Of a stretch of DNA of 64,000 nt, positions 1 through 9,212 are shown piece by piece. The stretch is from Bacteroidota bacterium. Its GTDB lineage: Bacteria > Bacteroidota > Bacteroidia > NS11-12g > UBA955. The notes beneath the pieces are model-generated. The model was not told the DNA's origin, did not search any database, and was given only the letters and a program-made list of their open reading frames with translations. The stretch spans positions 2,102 to 66,101 of the forward strand of contig JAGFIU010000043.1 of assembly GCA_024103355.1 (NCBI GenBank). The letters are read 5' to 3'. The number at the start of each line of letters is the position of its first letter. The stretch's first letter is position 1. A program made the position numbers and the translations under genes.

Positions 1-256
1 CTTGTTCATTAAATTTTGCTCCTTTGAAACTAAATCCAACCTCTGTATAAAGTGATATTTTTTTTGATTTATTAATTGGATGTCTATAATATACACCTCC
101 TGTAAAGGCAAACAAAGGAAGAGGAGATTTAAACATTTTCCCATAAAAACTATTAGCAGCATAACCCATACGTATCCCTAAATCAAGAGACTCCTTCTCA
201 TCAGGATTGACAAATGTATAATCCTCTTCCTGCCCAAATAGATAATTGGAGGGCAT
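1..256 (-). CDS. Partial ORF: the N-terminal ~85 codons of a gene that runs off the window start. Hypothetical protein.
   Basis: ATG at 256..254 on the minus strand, with an open frame down to position 1 (MPSNYLFGQEEDYTFVNPDEKESLDLGIRMGYAANSFYGK...). It is missing from the ORF track because it is truncated. No family was recognised. Confidence 0.3.
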   Translation of the reverse strand, partial: MPSNYLFGQEEDYTFVNPDEKESLDLGIRMGYAANSFYGKMFKSPLPLFAFTGGVYYRHPINKSKKISLYTEVGFSFKGAKFNEQ

Positions 257-284
257 GAGTAGGATTAGTAATATATAAATGTGC

Positions 285-2156
285 TTAACCAATCTTATTC
301 CCTTTAAGTGATTTTTGAACAGCCTTATCCATTAATCTTTCTGCATAAGGTTTTGTGTATTCATTTAACTCATCCTTACACGCAAGTATAGCATCTTTTT
401 GATTGGATTCCAAAGTGTGTTTTAGTTTCTCGATAATCTTTTGGGTTTCTTTAATCTCGGTAGGCGTAAGCAAATCATTATTCCTTTCAATAAAACGCTC
501 GGTGGTTGAGATTAATTGCTTAGATTCTGTAATTGCTTCCTGCAACATACGGGCTTGCATATCTTCTTTTGCATTTTTAATTGAATCAAGCAACATGGAC
601 TCAACTTGTTCATCTGTAAGCCCATAGGCCGGTTTCACCTGAATTTCCTGTTTAACACCGGAGCGCAATTCGGTTGCATCTACTGTTAGAATACCGTCTG
701 CATCCAATAAAAAGGTGATTTCTATCTTGGGCAAACCTGCTAACATGGGCGGAATCCCTTTGAGCTCAAACTCTCCCAACAATCTATTGTCTGCAACCAT
801 TTCTCTCTCTCCCTGATAAATATTAATTTTTATTCCTGTCTGACCATCTTTTGAAGTTGTGTATTGTCGCCCGGCTTTACATGGGATTCGAGAATTTCTA
901 CTAATCAAAAAGTCCATTAAGCCTCCCAAGGTTTCAATTCCCAATGACAATGGTGTTACATCCAAAAGCAGGATATCTTTACGATTTCCGGCAAGCACAT
1001 CTGCCTCAACTGCTGCGCCAAGGGATACTACTTCATCGGGATTGAGTTTGTCGTTTAATTTTTCTTTTTCAAAAAACAATTTTACTGCTTCGCAAACAGC
1101 AGGAACTCGGGTAGAACCGCCCACCATAATAACCTCGTCTATTTCAGCCTTGCTGAGTGAAGCGTCTTTTAGTGCTAGCACACAAGATGCTATGGTTTTA
1201 TCTATCAATGGTTTTATGAGTCCTTCAAATTTTTCTTTTGTAAGAGATAATATTCCCGAGAAAACTTTGGTATCAATCTTTTCTGAGAATTCCGTTTGAT
1301 TGGAAAGTATTCTTTTTGCTTTTTCTGAAAATATTCTGAATTTCTGTGCACTGACTTTGTCTGAAAGGAGTTTATCCTGCAAAATCCCGTTCTGTGTAAT
1401 CCAATAATTTACAATGGCATTATCAAAATCATCTCCACCTAAGAAAGTATTTCCATTGGTTGACAGGACTTCAAATATACCGTTTTCAATTCTTAAAATA
1501 GAGATATCAAAAGTACCGCCACCAAGGTCATAAACCGCAACGGTTTTAGTCTGTTCTTTATTCAATCCTATACCATAAGCTAAACTTGCAGCCGTTGGTT
1601 CATTGATGATTCGCAACACATCAAGCCCTGCCATTTTGCCGGCATCTCTGGTTGCTTGTCTTTGAGCATCATTGAAATAAGCAGGAACGGTAATGACAGC
1701 TTTGTTAACATCGCCTTTCAAAACCCGGGATGCACGCTCTTTCAACTCTCTCAATATCATGGCCGACAATTCTATTGGATTATAAAATCTTTCACCAATA
1801 TTAATTTTGACCAATTCGTCTTCTTTCTCATCAATAATTCTGTAGTGAAAAAAATCTGACTTCGTTTTTACATCATTATAAGAACGACCCAGTAATCTTT
1901 TAACAGAGTAAATGGTTCTTTCAGGGTATATTTCCAACATTTCTTTTGCCTTCTCTCCTACTATTGCATGGTTATTTTCATCAAAATAAACAACAGAGGG
2001 GACAATGGTAACAGAATCATTGGACAGTGCTTTTGGCTTCCCGGTTTCAGAATCACAAACTGACACAAGGCTGTTGGTTGTTCCTAAATCAATTCCAACA
2101 ATATATTCAGGTTTCTTGAGTGTACCTTCTTTGACGTTAATACTAATTTTTGACAT
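285..2156 (-). CDS. Hsp70-family chaperone, HscA-like (non-DnaK type)
   Basis: Hsp70 nucleotide-binding signatures ([42 protein letters not shown]) in a 623-aa protein. The GTTNSLV form is typical of HscA rather than DnaK. It lies 6 bp downstream of korB on the same strand. Confidence 0.75.
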   Translation of the reverse strand: MSKISINVKEGTLKKPEYIVGIDLGTTNSLVSVCDSETGKPKALSNDSVTIVPSVVYFDENNHAIVGEKAKEMLEIYPERTIYSVKRLLGRSYNDVKTKSDFFHYRIIDEKEDELVKINIGERFYNPIELSAMILRELKERASRVLKGDVNKAVITVPAYFNDAQRQATRDAGKMAGLDVLRIINEPTAASLAYGIGLNKEQTKTVAVYDLGGGTFDISILRIENGIFEVLSTNGNTFLGGDDFDNAIVNYWITQNGILQDKLLSDKVSAQKFRIFSEKAKRILSNQTEFSEKIDTKVFSGILSLTKEKFEGLIKPLIDKTIASCVLALKDASLSKAEIDEVIMVGGSTRVPAVCEAVKLFFEKEKLNDKLNPDEVVSLGAAVEADVLAGNRKDILLLDVTPLSLGIETLGGLMDFLISRNSRIPCKAGRQYTTSKDGQTGIKINIYQGEREMVADNRLLGEFELKGIPPMLAGLPKIEITFLLDADGILTVDATELRSGVKQEIQVKPAYGLTDEQVESMLLDSIKNAKEDMQARMLQEAITESKQLISTTERFIERNNDLLTPTEIKETQKIIEKLKHTLESNQKDAILACKDELNEYTKPYAERLMDKAVQKSLKGNKIG

Positions 2157-2162
2157 AATTTT

Positions 2163-3185
2163 TTAATCTACTTTCCAAGTAAACTTCCCTGCAATGACTT
2201 TGTCAATCTCACTCTCATCGGCATCCCATCCTTTAGATTCAAATAATTCATCATAAGTAGGCCTTTGTTTTGAATAGAAAACACCAAAAGGTCGTGGGAA
2301 TCCTTGCATATATGTAAATTGAGCAAGCAAAGTTGCTTTAACAAAATCTTGAGGGTCGTGCAACCATTCGTTGGTTTCATTGACTTCACTCAATGAAACA
2401 ATTTCAGGGCTGTGCCCTTTGAGCACAATAGCCTTATCCTTTTCTTTACCGAAAATAAGTTGCTTTCCCTGCTCCAAAATAATGATATTATCATCTTTGG
2501 CTTCTTTGTCAGTAAAGCTTTCAAAAACACCATCATTGAAAATATTACAGTTTTGATAAATTTCTACAAAAGAAGTTCCATTAAACTTAGATGCTTCAAG
2601 GATTGTATCGTGTAAATGAGCAGAGAATCGGTCTATAGTTCGGGCAACAAAAGAGGCACCCGCACCCAAAGTCAATGCCGGGGGGTTGAACGGATTGTCA
2701 ATAACTCCCAAGGGCGAAGACTTGGTTAATAATCCTTTTTCGGATGTCGGGGAGTGTTGTCCTTTTGTCAGTCCGTATATCTCGTTATTAAACAGCAAAA
2801 CATTGACATTGGGATTTCTTCTGCACAAATGAATTAAATGATTACCTCCGATAGACATACTATCACCATCACCGGTAATAATCCATACATCCAGCTCCGG
2901 TCGGGTTATTTTCAAACCGGTTGCAATAGCAAATGCACGTCCATGAATAGAGTGCATCCCATAAGTATCTACATAATACGGGAATCTTGAAGAACATCCT
3001 ATTCCTGAGATGAAAACAATGTCCTCTTTTCTTTTTCCTGTTTGCGGCAAAACTTTTTTTACTGCGTTCAAAACCGCATAATCACCGCAACCGGGGCACC
3101 AACGTACATCTTGGTCAGATTCAAAATCTTTTGATGTATATACTTTCGGTTGTGTTGTTTGTGTTAGAACTGAATCAACTTCCAT
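2163..3185 (-). CDS. korB: 2-oxoacid:ferredoxin oxidoreductase, beta (TPP-binding) subunit
   Basis: 340 aa with the N-terminal CPGCGDY Fe-S/TPP-region motif and a GDGD..SIGGNHL TPP-binding fold. It overlaps the upstream alpha-subunit stop by 11 nt. Confidence 0.85.
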   Translation of the reverse strand: MEVDSVLTQTTQPKVYTSKDFESDQDVRWCPGCGDYAVLNAVKKVLPQTGKRKEDIVFISGIGCSSRFPYYVDTYGMHSIHGRAFAIATGLKITRPELDVWIITGDGDSMSIGGNHLIHLCRRNPNVNVLLFNNEIYGLTKGQHSPTSEKGLLTKSSPLGVIDNPFNPPALTLGAGASFVARTIDRFSAHLHDTILEASKFNGTSFVEIYQNCNIFNDGVFESFTDKEAKDDNIIILEQGKQLIFGKEKDKAIVLKGHSPEIVSLSEVNETNEWLHDPQDFVKATLLAQFTYMQGFPRPFGVFYSKQRPTYDELFESKGWDADESEIDKVIAGKFTWKVD

Positions 3186-5040
3186 GATTAATTTCTGTTA
3201 TTTTTTCTAAAATTTCTCTTGCCAAGAAAGGTTTCCCTTTTACTTTATTCAATTGAATAATATTCGCATTAAAATTACTCTTGAGTATAAATGCCAACTG
3301 ACCGGAATTAAGTTCGGGTACAAGGATATTTTCAAAAGAATTAAGAACCATCTCCAGGTTTCTTGGAAAAGGGTTCAGGTATCTCAAATGTGCCTGACTT
3401 ACTTGAATTCCTGCTTTGTGAGCATCAGTAATAGCTGTGGTTATTGCACCTAAAGTAGAGCCCCAACCCAAGACAAGTAATTTACCCTTCTCATCTCCAT
3501 TCACTATTTTAAGCTCAGGAATAAAATCAACAATCTTTTCTACCTTTTTCCTCCTTAGGTCAACCATTAATTGATGATTATCAGGGTCGTAAGAAACATT
3601 TCCTGTAATATTTTCTTTCTCTAAGCCCCCTATTCTGTGTTGCATTCCGCTCATTCCGGGTACCGCCCATTGTCTGACAAAATTTTCATCTCTTTCATAA
3701 GGCTTGTAACCACTGACAGATTTAGCCAAATTAGGGTTAATTTTAGGGAGTTCTTCCATTCTCGGAAATTTCCAAGGCTCAGCACCATTGGCAATATAAC
3801 CGTCACTCAACAACATCACCGGAGTAACATGTTCCAAAGAGAGTTTGGCTGCTTCAAAAGCCATTTCAAAGCATTCCCTTGGACTTCCGGGGGCTATAAC
3901 AATCATAGGTGCTTCTCCATTTCTGCCAAACATCGCTTGAAACAAATCAGCCTGTTCGGTCTTTGTAGGCAAGCCTGTGGATGGGCCTCCTCTTTGTACA
4001 TTACAAATAACCAAGGGTATTTCTAAGGATATAGCCAATCCCATTGCTTCTGTTTTGAGTGCGATTCCCGGTCCTGAACTCACTGTAACCCCAAGATTTC
4101 CGCCATAAGATGCACCAATGGCTGCACAGATAGCAGCAATCTCGTCTTCTGCCATAAATGAATCAACTCCCAACTTTTTGTATTTTGCAAGTTCATGCAA
4201 AACATCGGAAGCAGGTGTGATAGGATATGCACCCAAAAATAATTTCAACCCGGACTTATGACCGGCAGCAATTAACCCCAAGGCCAAAGCCTCGTTTCCG
4301 GCAATTCCTCTATATGTGCCTGATTGTAAAGGAGCCGGTTTAACAACATATCTCTCATTAAACAGTTCCAATGTTTCACCAAAATTCCATCCTGCCTGAA
4401 TCAAAGCTTTGTTCCATTCTGCCCAATCCCCTTTCTTCCCAAAGCGCATTTCGGTCAAGGCAAAAACTTTATCTAAAGGTCTCTGATACATCCAACAAAC
4501 AAGACCGAGTGCCACCATATTCTTACCACGCTCCATTTCTTTGGTACTGATACCTTTGTCTGCTAAGGTTTCCTTAGCCACCTTTGATAAATCAACATTG
4601 ACTAATTTATAACCTTTTGCCTGAACTTCTCCAAGCGGGTCTGCATCAGACGAGTATCCTGCCAATCGCAGGTTTTTTGAATCAAAACCCAAAGTATTGG
4701 CAATAATAATTCCATTGGTTTTAAGCGTATCCAAATTACTTTTCAGTGCAGCAGCATTCATAGCAATCAACACATCACAACTATCACCGGGTGAGTATAT
4801 TTCTTCACTTCCAAATCTAATTTGGAAACCGGAAACTCCGGCAACGGTTCCTATGGGAGCTCGAATTTCAGCCGGGAAATCAGGGAAAGTAGCAATATCA
4901 TTTCCCGCTAAAGCTGAGGTAGAAGTAAATAAATTACCTGAAACTTGCATCCCATCACCCGAATCTCCCACAAACTTTATAACAACTGAGCTAAGCTCTT
5001 TCTCTTTCAAGGTCATTTCATCTGTTGTTTTGCGTTGCAA
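3175..5040 (-). CDS. korA: 2-oxoacid:ferredoxin oxidoreductase, alpha subunit (two-subunit KorAB type)
   Basis: 621 aa with the typical POR/KOR alpha domain order and motifs (GAYPITPASD..; GPGIALKTEAMGLAISLEIPLVI). It is paired with korB by a start/stop overlap. Confidence 0.85.
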   Translation of the reverse strand: MQRKTTDEMTLKEKELSSVVIKFVGDSGDGMQVSGNLFTSTSALAGNDIATFPDFPAEIRAPIGTVAGVSGFQIRFGSEEIYSPGDSCDVLIAMNAAALKSNLDTLKTNGIIIANTLGFDSKNLRLAGYSSDADPLGEVQAKGYKLVNVDLSKVAKETLADKGISTKEMERGKNMVALGLVCWMYQRPLDKVFALTEMRFGKKGDWAEWNKALIQAGWNFGETLELFNERYVVKPAPLQSGTYRGIAGNEALALGLIAAGHKSGLKLFLGAYPITPASDVLHELAKYKKLGVDSFMAEDEIAAICAAIGASYGGNLGVTVSSGPGIALKTEAMGLAISLEIPLVICNVQRGGPSTGLPTKTEQADLFQAMFGRNGEAPMIVIAPGSPRECFEMAFEAAKLSLEHVTPVMLLSDGYIANGAEPWKFPRMEELPKINPNLAKSVSGYKPYERDENFVRQWAVPGMSGMQHRIGGLEKENITGNVSYDPDNHQLMVDLRRKKVEKIVDFIPELKIVNGDEKGKLLVLGWGSTLGAITTAITDAHKAGIQVSQAHLRYLNPFPRNLEMVLNSFENILVPELNSGQLAFILKSNFNANIIQLNKVKGKPFLAREILEKITEINHGS

Positions 5041-5107
5041 AGTTATTAAAATTAACGCCTGTTAGAAAACCTTTAGAATATTATTCCGATTGATTTGAGC
5101 AAAAAAA

Positions 5108-5141
5108 AGAGCCGTATCTTAACAGACACGGCTCTTAAATA
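5108..5141 (-). terminator. Rho-independent terminator ending the ACIII operon
   Basis: GC-rich hairpin agagccgtatct-taa-cagacacggctct. It is preceded on the plus strand by A8, which gives a U-run after the hairpin on the minus-strand transcript. It sits immediately 3' of actF. Confidence 0.7.
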
Positions 5142-5155
5142 TTTTAAATTATTTT

Positions 5156-6535
5156 TTAAACTCCAACATCATGATGTGCTGACTCTTCGAGATAAGGATG
5201 ATTGATTGGGACAAGTGCTCTTTTTGTTAATGAAAGCAGTGTTAAGTATATAAATGTACCAGTAAATAGTAATAACATTCCAATCTCAAGCATTCCAAAT
5301 TGTGCAAGAGAACCAATAGTGCCGGGCATTACCATTAGATATACATCTATCCAATGCCCAAACAGTAAGATTACTGCAATCCAACCTAGTAATTTAGGAT
5401 TTCTCTTTGCATCCCTAGTCATTAAGACGAAAAATGGTATCACAAAGTTTATAACAATATTTATGTAAAAATAAGGTTTCCACTGATCCATTAATCTTAC
5501 TTGGTAATAGTATACCTCTTCAGGAATATGGGCATACCAAATTAGAAGGAACTGTGATATCCAAATATATCCCCAAAAAATAGAAAAGGCAAAAATAAAT
5601 TTACCTAAATCATGAATGTGTTCATCAGTTACAAGATTTAAATGACCTATTGATTTAAGATAAAGAACAATCAGAGTGATTGCGCATAAGGCAGCAACAA
5701 ATCCTGTTGCAAAATTATAAACGGAAAATATTGTTGAGTACCAATGTGCATCAACACTCATTATTACTAACCAACTAAGTACGCTAATTGAGAAAATAAA
5801 AAAAACAGTAAATGCTGCTGACCATCTGATAGATTTCTTAAACGGTGTGAGCCCTCCCTCTGCATCTTCTCGAACTGATAATGAACTTAGTTTTTTACCG
5901 ATTAAGAACCAAACTAATGGGATAATGATAATGCCACCAATGAAGAAAGAAGAATTTAGAAACCATGATTTTCCGGATAATATTTTATCATATCCCGGTT
6001 CACCAGGTTTTAAAGCCTCATGTTCATAATGAGCCCAATGATATAAATCAGACTTTCCTATAATGAGAATTAAAATTAGAATAATTGAAGCTATTGGCAG
6101 GAATGCTACAACTGATTCAATTACTCTTTTAAAAACTGTTGTCCATCCGGCATTAGCAATATATTGTAAAGCCCAAAAGAACAATGCTAGACAACTGACC
6201 AACACGAAAAAATAGGAATTTGTTAAGATGTTGGCATAAACTCTTGAATACCAAGGCTTATGTGCCCCAGCATCCTCCGGGATAGGTGGAGGTAGTGGAT
6301 GATTTACTTGATGGTCTCCATAATAATTTAACCTAGGTGTATTATTATCAGCTGCAACATGGTGATGTTCCTCGCTCGATGCCCCTTCATTTGAAGGATG
6401 AGTTTTGGGTGCTGTAGCTATTCCGATAATAGTAAGCAATAGTCCCAGCACAATAAGTATTAAACTGAATTTTGTTGCCTTCTTATTACCTGAGAAGAAC
6501 TCTTGTTTTAATTCTATTTTATGTCCGTGCGCCAT
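5156..6535 (-). CDS. actF: Alternative complex III subunit ActF (NrfD-like polytopic quinol-binding membrane subunit 2)
   Basis: 459-aa, highly hydrophobic protein with roughly ten predicted TM segments. It is the last gene of the actABCDEF order and shows the His-rich N-terminus typical of Bacteroidota ActF. Confidence 0.6.
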   Translation of the reverse strand: MAHGHKIELKQEFFSGNKKATKFSLILIVLGLLLTIIGIATAPKTHPSNEGASSEEHHHVAADNNTPRLNYYGDHQVNHPLPPPIPEDAGAHKPWYSRVYANILTNSYFFVLVSCLALFFWALQYIANAGWTTVFKRVIESVVAFLPIASIILILILIIGKSDLYHWAHYEHEALKPGEPGYDKILSGKSWFLNSSFFIGGIIIIPLVWFLIGKKLSSLSVREDAEGGLTPFKKSIRWSAAFTVFFIFSISVLSWLVIMSVDAHWYSTIFSVYNFATGFVAALCAITLIVLYLKSIGHLNLVTDEHIHDLGKFIFAFSIFWGYIWISQFLLIWYAHIPEEVYYYQVRLMDQWKPYFYINIVINFVIPFFVLMTRDAKRNPKLLGWIAVILLFGHWIDVYLMVMPGTIGSLAQFGMLEIGMLLLFTGTFIYLTLLSLTKRALVPINHPYLEESAHHDVGV

Positions 6536-6552
6536 TTGAATAAAGGTTAATA

Positions 6553-7215
6553 TTAATTATTAGTCTGAATTGTTGTTTGTTGATCTTGTTGCTCATTGTT
6601 CACAGTAGCGTTCTTATGATATCCAATACCACTCAGCTCTTGGATATGAGCAATAACCTGCCATCTCTCCTCTGGTGTTAAAACTGAAGCGTGGCTTCCC
6701 ATATTATTTTTACCATAAGTAATTACATGATACATCTTTCCAACAGGGAGGTTCTTGATATAATCATCTTGATATCCTTTCCATGGGGGTTTGATTGCAG
6801 CTACTCTCTTAAAAACACTACCATCATTATGACCTTCTACTCCATGACAAGGTGCACAATAAATGTTATAAAGGCGTTCACCTCTAACTGAATCAAAAGT
6901 AAAATCCTCTGGGTAATGAATTTGTATGGCAGAAGCTTCATAACCCTCTCCATTATTATCCAAAAGATATGCATAATCCAATTTACCAACAGCAATTGTC
7001 CCTTTTACAGGTTCACGCAAATTTGATCCAAATCTGTTTAATGTATTAGAATCCTTCTCCTTAAAAGGTTCATAGCCTTTATCATAATACATATCAGGTG
7101 CATATTCAACTCCCGGATTGTTTCCTCTGCTTTTTGCACAAGAACTCAAAAGGAATGAAACCCCAATCAATGAAAATATTATATAAAAATGTTTGTTCAT
7201 GTTTTTTCTAATCAT
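6553..7215 (-). CDS. actE: ACIII subunit ActE, mono-haem c-type cytochrome (probable lipoprotein)
   Basis: 220 aa with a signal peptide carrying a lipobox-like LSSC and a single CAPCHG haem-binding motif. Its operon position matches ActE. Confidence 0.65.
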   Translation of the reverse strand: MIRKNMNKHFYIIFSLIGVSFLLSSCAKSRGNNPGVEYAPDMYYDKGYEPFKEKDSNTLNRFGSNLREPVKGTIAVGKLDYAYLLDNNGEGYEASAIQIHYPEDFTFDSVRGERLYNIYCAPCHGVEGHNDGSVFKRVAAIKPPWKGYQDDYIKNLPVGKMYHVITYGKNNMGSHASVLTPEERWQVIAHIQELSGIGYHKNATVNNEQQDQQTTIQTNN

Positions 7216-7220
7216 TGTTA

Positions 7221-7805
7221 TTATTTAATCACATTATCTTCAAACTCATTATTATCTAGATTAACTCTTTGCCTTATTTCAACAGCACCCTTATCAGACA
7301 AGAGTTTAACCAATTCATCTGTATTAATCCCAGCTTCATCTAACGACATAGCAAGAACGATTCTATCGCTAGTTTGTCTAGGGTCGATTATCTCATTAGC
7401 TATTTTCCCATGAATCATTCCACTTCTTGCAAAAAACAATATGGCAATACCAAATGCGGTGCATAAGATTGAGAGTTCAAACATAACGGGTATCCATGAT
7501 GGAATGCCGGCATAAGGTTTACCACCAATAATCATTGGCCAATCAAAATACATAATTCCTGCCTGAAGGATAATTGCTAGAGACAAACCGGTCATAGCAC
7601 ATACAAAAGCTCCGATGGGTAATCTTGAACGTTTTAATCCCATAGCTTTTTCCATTCCATGAATCGGATATGGTGAATAGCAGTCTATAATATTCACACC
7701 TCTATTAAATACAGTTTGTGTAGCTTCTAATGCTGAATCACCATCTTCAAATATTCCAAATAGAACCTTTTTGTTATTTCTTAAACTTAGTTTCTTGTCA
7801 TTCAT
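7221..7805 (-). CDS. actD: ACIII subunit ActD (small membrane subunit)
   Basis: 194 aa with a central pair of TM helices, located between actC and actE as in known act operons. Confidence 0.55.
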   Translation of the reverse strand: MNDKKLSLRNNKKVLFGIFEDGDSALEATQTVFNRGVNIIDCYSPYPIHGMEKAMGLKRSRLPIGAFVCAMTGLSLAIILQAGIMYFDWPMIIGGKPYAGIPSWIPVMFELSILCTAFGIAILFFARSGMIHGKIANEIIDPRQTSDRIVLAMSLDEAGINTDELVKLLSDKGAVEIRQRVNLDNNEFEDNVIK

Positions 7806-7829
7806 TTTTCAAATCATTTTAAGTGTGAA

Positions 7830-9185
7830 TTATTCGCTGTCTTTCAAAATTGTTTTAATCTCAGCCATATTAATAACCGGAAGAAATTTGGCAAATAAGA
7901 AGAAAAACGTAAAGAACATTCCAAAAGTTCCCAAGTAAATTCCTATTTCAACCCATGTAGGGGAGTATAACGCCCAACCGGATGGTAGATATTCTCTATG
8001 TAAAGAAGTAACAATAATTACGAAACGTTCAAACCACATACCCACATTCACAACAATAGAAAGGAAGAATATGAACCATGGAGTAGTTCTTGCCCATTTC
8101 ATCCAAAAGAATTGAGGAGCAACAAGATTACATGTCATCATGCTCCAATATGCCCACCAATAAGGACCGGTAGCTCTGTTAAGAAAGGCATATTGTTCAT
8201 ACTCTACACCGGAGTATGCTGCCACAAAAAATTCCGTAATATAAGCCAAACCAACCAATGTACCGGTAAGCATAAGTACCTTTGCCATTGCTTCTAGGTG
8301 TCCGATGGTGATATAATCTTCATAATTTAATACCTTGCGCGCTATTATTAATAATGTACAAACCATTCCAAAGCCTGAGAAAATAGCTCCGGCAACGAAG
8401 TATGGAGGGAAAATGGTTGTATGCCAACCCGGAACCACGGAAGTTGCAAAGTCAAAAGACACAATAGTATGCACAGACAATACAAGAGGGGTTGAAATAC
8501 CCGCAAGAATAAGTGATACTACTTCATATCTATTCCATGTTCTGGTAGAACCTGTCCAGCCCATTGAGAAGAAGTTATACCAAAACTTACGTCCTTTTGT
8601 TGTAGCTCTGTCTCTGATAGTCGCAATATCCGGAATTAAACCTAAATACCAGAAAACAAGGGAAACAGAGAAATAAGTACTAACCGCAAAAACGTCCCAT
8701 AAAAGAGGTGAATTAAAGTTAACCCACAAAGAACCGAAAGCGTTTGGCAAAGGGAACACCCAATATGCACCGACCCAAACCCTACCCATGTGGAAGAGAG
8801 GGAATAATGCAGCACAAAGCACTGCAAAGATTGTCATAGCCTCAGCAGAACGGTTGATAGACATTCTCCACTTTTGTCTGAATAAGAGCAAAATTGCAGA
8901 AATCAATGTTCCTGCGTGTCCAATACCAATCCACCAAACGAAGTTGGTAATATCCCAACCCCACTGAACTGATTTATTTAATCCCCATGTACCAATACCC
9001 ACTAAGGTAGTGAGCGCAAGCGTAAATGCAAGCAATCCAAAGAAGATTACTGCAAGAGTAAATCCTATTTTCCAAGTAGTAGAAGGCTTGTTCTCAATTG
9101 GGCGACATATCTCATTACTCACATCCGCGAGCGACTTGTCCTTGGTAACTAATCGAGGGCGTATTGTTGTTATATTATGACTCAT
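7830..9185 (-). CDS. actC: ACIII subunit ActC (NrfD/PsrC-like quinol-interacting membrane subunit)
   Basis: 451-aa polytopic membrane protein that directly follows actB. Confidence 0.7.
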   Translation of the reverse strand: MSHNITTIRPRLVTKDKSLADVSNEICRPIENKPSTTWKIGFTLAVIFFGLLAFTLALTTLVGIGTWGLNKSVQWGWDITNFVWWIGIGHAGTLISAILLLFRQKWRMSINRSAEAMTIFAVLCAALFPLFHMGRVWVGAYWVFPLPNAFGSLWVNFNSPLLWDVFAVSTYFSVSLVFWYLGLIPDIATIRDRATTKGRKFWYNFFSMGWTGSTRTWNRYEVVSLILAGISTPLVLSVHTIVSFDFATSVVPGWHTTIFPPYFVAGAIFSGFGMVCTLLIIARKVLNYEDYITIGHLEAMAKVLMLTGTLVGLAYITEFFVAAYSGVEYEQYAFLNRATGPYWWAYWSMMTCNLVAPQFFWMKWARTTPWFIFFLSIVVNVGMWFERFVIIVTSLHREYLPSGWALYSPTWVEIGIYLGTFGMFFTFFFLFAKFLPVINMAEIKTILKDSE

Positions 9186-9212
9186 TGTATATCGAATGAA
9201 AAATTTTAAAAA

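Noticed and set aside
403-2615. Small plus-strand ORFs (403..627, 859..1299, 1656..1859, 2371..2556, 2412..2615) from the six-frame track
   Set aside because: They lie entirely antisense within the Hsp70 and korB coding regions. They are low-complexity and have no start context. They are shadow ORFs.
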